A stretch of 64,000 nucleotides of DNA from an uncultured Spirochaetota bacterium. Lineage in GTDB: Bacteria; Spirochaetota; Spirochaetia; SZUA-6; Fen-1364. Shown one piece after another: positions 55,876-64,000 of the stretch (position 1 is its first letter; each line of letters starts with the position of its first letter). The DNA lies in the NCBI GenBank assembly GCA_963745235.1, contig CAVUXE010000091.1, positions 1 to 64,000 on the forward strand, in the 5' to 3' direction. The notes beneath the pieces are model-generated. The model was not told the origin of the DNA, did not search any database, and saw only the letters and a list, made by a program, of their open reading frames with translations. The position numbers and the translations under genes were made by a program.

Positions 55876-57009
55876 ATGGCGTCTGATCTGGAAAGCTCAC
55901 AGGCAAGCGCATTCCTCAAAAGTCTCGGTTTCCCGGACGTGAAGGTGCACCGCTCGTTCAACCATTTCGACTTTTCCCGCCCCTCGCGCAGGATCCTTGT
56001 CATTGGCTCCATGGGCTCGGGGAAGACCGAGTTTTCAGCGCGGATATGGAGAGACTCAGAGGTGGCCCGAAAGAAGACGGGCAGGGCCGCGGAAAGCACG
56101 CGGACGGACGGCGCTGACAGGCGGATCGTGTTCTTCATCCGTTCCGCCCTGGATGTCTCCCGGTTCCCCGACTACCCGGCAGACGCCTTGCCGTTTCGAG
56201 GCGGGTTCGTCCGGTGCGGAAAGAACATCGCTTCCATCACCAGCTCCTTCGACCTGGAGCGGATCATGGCTTTCAACCCCGGTGTCGGGACCTGGGTCAT
56301 CGACGAGGCCTCGTTCTACGAGGAGAGACTGGCATACGTGGTGGAAAACGCCTCCCGCACCCGGGGGCTGACTTTCATCTTCCCGTCCCTGATTCTGAAC
56401 TTCCGCCGGGAGATCTTCAACACGACGGCGAAGCTGCTCCTGGATACGGCAACCGACGTGTTTCCCCTCACCGCGTATTGCGAGCACCCCGAGTGCCTGC
56501 AGGACTCCTACTACACCTACCGCTATTACACCGTCGACGGCCGCGAATGTCCCGCCCTGTATTTCGACCCGTTGATCGTGATCGGGGGAGACAGGGAGTC
56601 TGATGATCCGCGGGAGCCCAACTACTGCACCCGTTGTGACGATCACCACTATCTTCCCGGCAAGGAGTACACGTACCTCCACCTGAAACCCCTCGGTGAG
56701 GAAGCGTCGCGGGGGGACCCGGCGCCGCTCGCAAAGGAAATCTCCCTCCTCCGTGACAACCTGGAGAAGTCGCGGCTGCATCGCCATTTCAGGGAAATGC
56801 TCGCCGATGCGCCTTTCGGCGAGGTGATGATGAACTCGCTCCGCGTCTCCTGTATAGCGGAAAAGGCGCTCCTGTTTCTCTTCACGGAGCAGAACCTCCT
56901 GCCCAACGATCTTTTCCGCGGGCTCGTCAGGGATCTTCACCTGGACCTGGATTACCTGCGCCGCCGCCTCTCCGACTGCCGGCGCACCGCCGCCCTGGAG
57001 GACGCGTGA
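55876..57009 (+). CDS. tdk: thymidine kinase (type II, extended)
   Basis: GSMGSGKT P-loop, IDEASF, LNFRRE.F, Zn ligands YC...C and IGG..Y...C..H. Confidence 0.75.
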   Translation: MASDLESSQASAFLKSLGFPDVKVHRSFNHFDFSRPSRRILVIGSMGSGKTEFSARIWRDSEVARKKTGRAAESTRTDGADRRIVFFIRSALDVSRFPDYPADALPFRGGFVRCGKNIASITSSFDLERIMAFNPGVGTWVIDEASFYEERLAYVVENASRTRGLTFIFPSLILNFRREIFNTTAKLLLDTATDVFPLTAYCEHPECLQDSYYTYRYYTVDGRECPALYFDPLIVIGGDRESDDPREPNYCTRCDDHHYLPGKEYTYLHLKPLGEEASRGDPAPLAKEISLLRDNLEKSRLHRHFREMLADAPFGEVMMNSLRVSCIAEKALLFLFTEQNLLPNDLFRGLVRDLHLDLDYLRRRLSDCRRTAALEDA

Positions 57010-57725
57010 GGGGAGCGCTTCGGATGATTGCTGCGGCAGTCGCGTTGCTGGCCCTGGCAACCGGGTGCTCGAACAAGCCGCCCGTGATCTCGCGCGTCTA
57101 CGCCCGGGTCATCTACCAGCATGACACCGGCACGGATGCGACCTCGGAGGGATTGAGCGTTTTCCTGGTGGCAAGCGACCCCAATGGGATTGAAAACCTC
57201 AGCAGCTTCTACGTGATCAGCGACACCGCAGAGCTGTTCTGGAAGGTGGACAGCACCTCCTGGGTCTCCTCCACCGCCGAAGGAGAGACGTGGATCGGCT
57301 CCAACAACCTCTTCATGCCCGGCGGAGCGGCGGTGCCCGCGGGGGACTACCGGGTCATCCTCCAGAACGCCGGCGGTGACACGGTGGAGGAGACCTTCAC
57401 CGTTGCCTCGCGGGAGACTTCCGCTGCCGCCGCGGCCTACCCCACCGCCTCAGTCAGCGAGGGAGCGATCCACCTGGGCGGCGCCTATCAGTCGGCAGAC
57501 GTATGGACCTACGGGAAGGACGGCAGGTTCGTTGCCACCTTCACCGCGTCGCGAAAAGGCCCCGCGCTTGATGCGCAGAAAATGGCGGCAGGAGTGCCGG
57601 CCCTGGCCCCGGGTTTCACGTTCCGCGTCTTCGCGAACAATGCGAAAGGCGGGTACGGGGCCCTTTCGGGCCCCTACACGGTGGGCCCGGTGTCCCCTCC
57701 ACCCGCAACCTTGCCTCCGCGATAG
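57006..57725 (+). CDS. hypothetical lipoprotein
   Basis: LALATGC lipobox; beta-rich; GTGA overlap with the upstream gene. Confidence 0.72.
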   Translation: MRGALRMIAAAVALLALATGCSNKPPVISRVYARVIYQHDTGTDATSEGLSVFLVASDPNGIENLSSFYVISDTAELFWKVDSTSWVSSTAEGETWIGSNNLFMPGGAAVPAGDYRVILQNAGGDTVEETFTVASRETSAAAAAYPTASVSEGAIHLGGAYQSADVWTYGKDGRFVATFTASRKGPALDAQKMAAGVPALAPGFTFRVFANNAKGGYGALSGPYTVGPVSPPPATLPPR

Positions 57726-57739
57726 TCGGGCCCTATACT
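57711..57739 (+). promoter_or_regulatory. sigma70 promoter giving a probable leaderless glpK mRNA
   Basis: TTGCCT-17 nt-TATACT, 7 nt before ATG 57747, no SD. Confidence 0.7.
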
Positions 57740-57746
57740 GCGCCCC

Positions 57747-59241
57747 ATGGACACCTACATTCTTGCGCTTGACCAGGGGACGACCAGCTCTCGCGCCATT
57801 CTTTTCGACGGGGCAGGCCGGGCAGTCTCGGTGTCGCAGAAGCCTTTCAGCCAGTTCTACCCGAAGCCCGGCTGGGTGGAGCATGATCCGCTGGAGATAT
57901 GGTCCAGCCAGATCGGGGCTGCGCGGGATGCAATAGCGGCTGCCCGGGTCAGCCCCTCCCAGATCGCCGGCATCGGCATTGCAAACCAGCGGGAGACGGC
58001 GGTCTTCTGGGACCGCAAGACGGGTGACCCTGTCGGCCCCGCCATCGTCTGGCAGGACAGGCGCACGGCGGAAATCTGCAGGCGGCTCTCCGCGGAAGGA
58101 CTGGAGAAAACAGTCGTGGAACGGACGGGGCTTCTCCTTGACCCCTATTTTTCCTCCACCAAGATCATGTGGGTCCTGGAGTCGGACGCCGGCATTCGGG
58201 CCAGGGCCATGGGCGGAGACATCTGCTTCGGCACGGTGGACTCGTGGCTCCTGCAGCAAGCTCACCGGGAGGCACCTCACGGATCCGTCGAACGCCTCAC
58301 GGACACTGCTTTTCGACATCCACAAGGGAGAATGGGATCCCGAGCTCGCCTCGGCACTGGGCGTCCCGCTTGCCATGCTGCCGCGGGTCTGTCCTTCGTC
58401 CTCTGATTTCGGCGTGGCCCCCAGCAGCCTCCTGGGCGCGGACATCCCGGTCCGCGGCGTTCTGGGAGATCAGCAGGCCGCGCTCCTGGGCCAGGCCTGC
58501 CTGGAGCCCGGTGACGTCAAGGTCACCTATGGCACCGGATGCTTCTGCCTCCTGGCGACGGGAACCAAGCCCGTGGCTTCCCGCAACCGGCTCCTCACCA
58601 CTGTTGCATGGGATCTCGGCGACGGGGCTGGAGTACGCCCTGGAGGGCTCCGTGTTCATCGGCGGCGCGGTGGTGCAGTGGCTGCGAGACGAGCTTCGCA
58701 TCCTGTCCTCCTCGGCGGAATCGGAAACCATGTCGCGCTCGGTGCCCGACACCGCGGGGGTCTACTTCGTTCCCGCTTTCGTCGGAATGGGGGCGCCCTA
58801 CTGGGATCCCGATGCGCGCGGCGCCCTCTTCGGAATCACGCGAGGGACGCGGCAGGAGCACATCGTGCGCGCGGGGCTGGAAAGCATCGCGTTCCAGACG
58901 CGGGACCTCGTGGAGGCCATGGAGCGGGACGCCGGCCGCTCCATCCGCTCCGTCCGCGTGGACGGAGGGGCGTCGATCAACGCTTTTCTCATGCAGTTCC
59001 AGTCCGACATCCTGGGCATGCCGCTCGTGCGGCCGCGAAGCCTTCGAGACCACTGCCCTGGGCGCCGCGTTCGCCGCGGGACTTGCCGCCGGGGTGTGGG
59101 AGAGCCGGGAGCGCGCTCTCCGCGATCTGGCAGGCGGATGCCATTTTCGAGCCGGGCATGCCGGATGTCGCGCGGGGGTCCCTCGTGGAGGGATGGAACG
59201 CAGCCGTGCAGGCGGCACGGTCTTTCGGCAGGAGAGCGTAA
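57747..59241 (+). CDS. glpK: glycerol kinase; several frameshifts
   Basis: [27 protein letters not shown]; TD.SNASRT, GDQQAAL, TYGTG; YALEGS, VPAF.G.GAPYW, VDGG..N.FLMQFQ across frames. Confidence 0.9.
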
Positions 59242-59268
59242 GGGACCATTCAGGAAGCAGCTGGCTAT

Positions 59269-59341
<73 letters not shown>

Positions 59342-59454
59342 GATTATCGGCACATATCTACGGGCGGTCGGGAAAAAGTCAAGGGGGACGGCGGACGGAC
59401 CGCGTGCGCGAAGGCCTGGTGATTCCAGCCCGTGATTCATGCTATCTTCCCGGT

Positions 59455-60487
59455 ATGCCCTCACACTTCACTCACCTCCTGTTCGCCGAGGAAGCGCTGC
59501 AGGCCGCGCTCGGGGAGAAGGCGGAGACAATCCTGCACGCGCACGGCAACCTATTCCGCTTCGGGGCCCAGGGCCCGGACTTCTTCTATCACAACCAGCG
59601 CACCATGCCAACCGGCCTGCGCTACGGCGTTGCGCTGCACCGCCGGGGATACGGCAGCCTTGTGGAGCAGATGGCGCGGGAAGCCCTGCGCCTGGCCGCT
59701 GGTCCCGGTTCGGACCTGTCGGCGTTCATCCTTGGTTTCGCCACGCACGGCCCGCTGGACCGCTCGACCCACCCGTTTATCGGGTATTTCTCCGGCTGGG
59801 TGGACCCGCGCGATGCCGGCACGAAGCGGTATTTCCACTCCCATCCTTTCCTGGAGCGCATCCTCGACGTCCTGGTGCTCACACAAGCGTTTCGGAAAGT
59901 CCCTTGAGGATTTCGACTTTCTTTCCCAGGTCCGGTGCGGAAAGATGCTCCCCTATCCCGTCATCAAGGCCATGGTGAAGGGGTTGAACGCAATCTACCC
60001 CTCCTACAATTACAAGAGCCGTGACAGGCTGCGGGTGCAGAACGCCTACCACGACTCCATCTTTTTCTACAAGCTCACCAACCATCTCAATCCGGACATC
60101 ATTCGCCTCGCCTACCGGAAGGACCGCAAGGACGGGTTCACACAAAGGCGCCTTGCCCTCCTGCATCCGCGGGAGATACCGGCGGGTCATGATTTCCTGA
60201 ACCTGGGCCATGCAACCTGGTGCCATCCCTGCGATTCCAGGACGGTTTCCACCGCGAGCTTCGTTGACCTGTACGAAGAGGCCCTGGAGAGCTGCATCGG
60301 CATGTTGAAAGGACTGTATGCGGTCCTCTCCGGCCAGACTTCACCGGAGGGGCTGGCGGAGCTGGTGGGGGACCAGAACCTGGATACCGGACGGGAAAGC
60401 TGCCTGCCCGAGCATGCCAATCCCTTCCCCCTGGCGGAGATCCTGGACTCGATGTACGCCCAGCTGGAAGGCGCGGAGTCCCGCTGA
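59455..60487 (+). CDS. zinc-dependent phospholipase C family protein; frameshift near 59885
   Basis: [24 protein letters not shown]...HP, H..LE..LD. Confidence 0.75.
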
Positions 60488-60490
60488 GCC

Positions 60491-62478
60491 CTACCTGCCG
60501 GTGACCCCGAGGTTGCGGAGCATGACAGCCGGATCGTTTGTCGGAAGCTCGCACGCCCAGCCCGAGCACACGTACGCCGTGGCTTTTCCGTTGAGGAGGC
60601 CTTGCCGCTCCGTGTACGGAGCCAGGCGGGCGATCTCGGGCCGCTGCTCCTGCGCAGGCCGAAACACTGCTGACACATTCGGCAGGTAGTGCCGCGCAGC
60701 TCATGGAACATCGCGAGGGCCTGCGGATCCTCGGATGAGGCCGCAATGACGACCTGGTGCGATGGGCCGACAAAAAAGTCCAGCGCCGAGAGAAAAAACG
60801 CGAATGATATCCCGTTGGATTCCGCCTCCTTCGGATAGAGACGGATGATGGATGCGGCAAGCGTGCGGTATTTCTCCTGGGCGGTGATCTCTGCGAGCTT
60901 CGTGAGCGCAAGCAATGCCACGGAGTTCGCGGAGGGGATGACGCCGTCAACGAGGTCCTTGACGCGGCTGCCGGGAACTCCGGTCGCGTCGCCAGCCGTC
61001 TTGAAGAATCCTCCCCCGCTCTCGTCCCAGAAAAGCCGAAGCGCTTCGTCCATGCACCGGATGGCCTCCCCGAGCCAGCGGGGCTGGAAGGTGGCCTCGT
61101 ACAGCTCGATCAGGCCCCAGGTGAGAAACAGGGAATCGTCGGCAAACGCGTTGATTGCCGCTTCCCCGTCCCGGTAGCGATGGAGGAGCCGCTTGTCGCT
61201 TCCTGTCGCGCGCTGGAGAAGAAAATCAGCAGCCCGCGAAGCGGCGTCACGGAAAGACTGCTCCTCCAGGGCGGCTCCTGCCCTCGCAAGAGCGGCAATC
61301 ATGAGCCCGTTCCAGTCCGTCAGCACCTTGTCGTCTCGTGAAGGCCGTTGACGGGTCTGCCGGCGCTGAAAAAGGACTCCCTCGGCGCGCCCGGGAGGCT
61401 GTGTTTGCGCCGGGTCCCGATACAGGATCCCTTCTTCCAGCGTGAGCCTCTCCAGCTCCCCCCAGCCGAGGGCGGACTGGAGCTCGGCGTGCGTCCAGAG
61501 ATAGAACTTCCCCTCTTCGCCGTCGCTGTCGGCGTCCTCTGCCGTGAAGAACCCACCCTCCGGGGACGTCATATCGCGAAGCACGTAGGCGCAGATCTCA
61601 CGGGCGGTCCGGCTGTAGAAGTCATTCCCGGTTGCGCGCCATGCATCGACGTAGGCGATGCAGAGGAGCGCCTGGTCGTACAGCATCTTTTCGAAATGCG
61701 GCACTCGCCAGGCGGCGTCCGTGGAATACCGGTGAAAGCCGAATCCGAGCTGGTCATAGATGCCTCCGTTGCGCATGGCCAGCAGGGATCGTTCCGCCAT
61801 GACGAGCGCCCGCTCGTCACCCCTGCGCCACGCTCGCAGGAGGAGCGGGTAGATGCCGGCCATGGGAAACTTCGGGGCGGAGCCGAATCCCCCGTTCGCG
61901 TCGTCGAACCGCCCCGCCAGACCGCGGGCTGCGTTCATGGCCGCCGTGTGGTCGAACGCCGCGTCGTGGGCGACCTTCTCCGCCTCTTCTTCCAGGGCAG
62001 CCGCGACCGTGGCGGCAGAGGAGACAAGCTCGTCCCGCCGGTTGCCCCACAGGTCGCGTACCCGCGGGATGAGATCCAGCATCCCCATCCGGCCGGAGCC
62101 GGACTCCCGGGGAATGTAGGTCCCGGCGAAGAATGGCGTACCCTCCGGTGTCATGATGATCGAGAGGGGCCAGCCACCCGACCCGGTCATGAGCTGGCAC
62201 GCGGTCATATAGTGCGCGTCCACGTCGGGACGCTCCTCGCGGTCGACCTTGATCGACACGAAAGTCTGGTTCATGAGGGAGGCGACCTCGGTGTCCTGAA
62301 AGGACTCGTGCTCCATCACGTGGCACCAGTGGCACGTGGAGTATCCGATGGAGAGGAAGATCGGACGACCCTCCTCCCGGGCCCTCCGAAATGCCTCGTC
62401 TCCCCAGGGCCGCCAGTCCACGGGGTTGTCCGCGTGCTGGAGGAGATAGGGGCTCTTCTCGAATTGCAGAGCGTTCAC
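60491..62478 (-). CDS. thioredoxin-domain protein YyaL/DUF255 (SPATA20-like); frameshift near 60680
   Basis: [61 protein letters not shown]....C.LP. Confidence 0.92.
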
Positions 62479-62795
62479 TTCTTCTCAGGTCTCTTCAGCT
62501 TCCTCAGCGCCGCGACGACCTGATCTTTGTATTCCGACAGGAACCCTTCGGGGTTCTCGTTGCTTCGCGAGAACGAGGGTCCGGAGAAGGTCAGCGCCTG
62601 TGATCTCTTTCCCATGTAGATTGTCAGAATGCAGACTGTCTGGTTGAGCGTGAGCTCATGCTCGGGGAGGACCAGGTCATGCTGAATATCCCATTTGAAC
62701 AGGATCTTCTTCGGATCCACCTCGTTCTTTTCAGCCCACTCGGCAACGAAGTCCTGCACCCTTTTTTTCGCCCGCGTCCAGGGACCCTCACTCAT
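62475..62795 (-). CDS. small hypothetical protein (106 aa)
   Basis: ATG 62795 with GAGG upstream; stop overlaps the start of the downstream gene. Confidence 0.6.
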   Translation of the reverse strand: MSEGPWTRAKKRVQDFVAEWAEKNEVDPKKILFKWDIQHDLVLPEHELTLNQTVCILTIYMGKRSQALTFSGPSFSRSNENPEGFLSEYKDQVVAALRKLKRPEKK

Positions 62796-62940
62796 GACAG
62801 GTTGACCTCTCTCGACTCCGCGACAAACATAACCTTGCCACAAACATATCATAGAAGGGGACGCGCCAATAGTTCTCCCGGCCGTCCCGTCTCCGGCCGT
62901 GCTTGGCAATCCACGGCAGGAAAGGCTAAGATAGGCGTCA

Positions 62941-64000
62941 ATGGCCAGTCGCGAGGATCGGCGCAAAGCCCGCAGGTCGAAACAAGCGCCAGCTAAGAAA
63001 TCCGGACCGGATCCCTCCATTCGGGGCTTCATCAAGGAAACCAGCCGCGACGCCGGATACCGCAAGGCAGCCCAGTTCCTCATGCTCCTCGGGAAGGACG
63101 AGGCGTCACGAGTCCTGAAGCACATGGCCCCCGAAGAGATAGAGGGCATCACGCGGGAGATCGCCCGCACCCAGCGAATCGAGGAAAGAGAGGCCTCCAA
63201 AGTCCTCGAAGAGTTCGGGTACATCAAGGAGACCAAGAGCCTCATCGCCCTGGGAGGAATCGAGAAGGCCCAGGAAATGCTCACCGCATCCATTGGGGCG
63301 GAGAAGGCGGAGAAGATCCTTTCCAAGGTGCGCAAGGACATGGCGCCGCCGCCGTTTTCCTTTCTCCAGGATATCGATGCTCACCAGGCCATCTCCCTGG
63401 TGCGGGAGGAGTCCGTGCCCGTGGCCTCCCTGATCCTTGCCCACCTGGAGCCCAAGCTGGCCGCGCGCATCCTGACGGCCCTTCCCCCCGAGGTGCAGCG
63501 CGAGGTGGTCCCCCGCATCGCGCGCATGAGAAAGGTGGACTCGGAGGTTGTCCGCAAAGCCGAGGAAACACTGCGAAGCAAGGTCCGTGAGCACAGCACC
63601 CCTGTCACGCAGGAGATCGACGGCAAGGCAGCGCTCACGGAGATCCTTCGATTCATGGACCCGGGCAGGGAGCAGGCCATTCTCCAGACCCTGGAGCCGA
63701 ATGTCTCCAACGAAATCAAAAAGAAGCTGTATACCATCGATGTCGTGTTCCAGATCCCGGACAAGGAATTGCAGAAAGTGCTGCGCGACCACTCCGACAG
63801 GGAGATCGCCATGCTCACCAAGGGCGTGGAGGAGAAGGCGAAGCTGCGCATCCTGGCCTCGCTGTCGGAGCGCAGGAGAGACCTGATCCGCCTGGAGTCC
63901 GACGCCCTTGGCGCGGTGCGGAAGAGCGAAGCGGAAGCGGCGCTCCAGGATTTTCTGGAGTATGTGCAGCTCCTCGAGCAGAAGGGCGAAATCACGATCC
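62941..64000 (+). CDS. fliG: flagellar motor switch protein FliG paralogue (runs off the window end)
   Basis: My translation from ATG 62941: ..RKAAQFLMLLG..ASRVLKHM..EEIE.ITREIA..GG...A..ML..PFSFL..ASLILAHL..DG...L.EIL..EIKKKLY; absent from the ORF track because no stop falls in the window. Confidence 0.88.
   Translation, partial: MASREDRRKARRSKQAPAKKSGPDPSIRGFIKETSRDAGYRKAAQFLMLLGKDEASRVLKHMAPEEIEGITREIARTQRIEEREASKVLEEFGYIKETKSLIALGGIEKAQEMLTASIGAEKAEKILSKVRKDMAPPPFSFLQDIDAHQAISLVREESVPVASLILAHLEPKLAARILTALPPEVQREVVPRIARMRKVDSEVVRKAEETLRSKVREHSTPVTQEIDGKAALTEILRFMDPGREQAILQTLEPNVSNEIKKKLYTIDVVFQIPDKELQKVLRDHSDREIAMLTKGVEEKAKLRILASLSERRRDLIRLESDALGAVRKSEAEAALQDFLEYVQLLEQKGEITI

Noticed and set aside
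57747-59241. Programmed ribosomal frameshifting in glpK and other split genes
   Set aside because: Several shifts per gene without a consistent slippery site; sequencing error is more parsimonious.

Overview
High-GC bacterial chromosome segment, most likely from a spirochaete (P83/100-family protein, stand-alone FliG paralogue). It is mostly metabolic: GH42 beta-galactosidase, a ribose-type ABC transporter, glycerol genes, LarA, and an arabinofuranosidase (GH51/GH127) cluster whose solute-binding gene is cleanly split by a DDE insertion sequence. Non-coding features read from the sequence are a SAM-I riboswitch, a tandem glycine riboswitch with terminator, tRNA-Phe(GAA) and several sigma70 promoters that appear to give leaderless mRNAs. 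About a dozen genes carry single-base frameshifts, probably long-read assembly errors. The best candidate for an undescribed system is a two-gene operon at 7871-10856: a TPR + SLOG-like + class III nucleotidyl cyclase with non-canonical base-selecting residues, coupled to a TIR domain carrying a ~207-aa histone-H1-like polybasic tail. Two further candidates are a glycine-riboswitch-controlled aminotransferase + divergent transketolase operon, and two convergent hypothetical genes sharing an unrecognised ~41-aa N-terminal module. All family assignments are by eye from motifs; no database searches were run.
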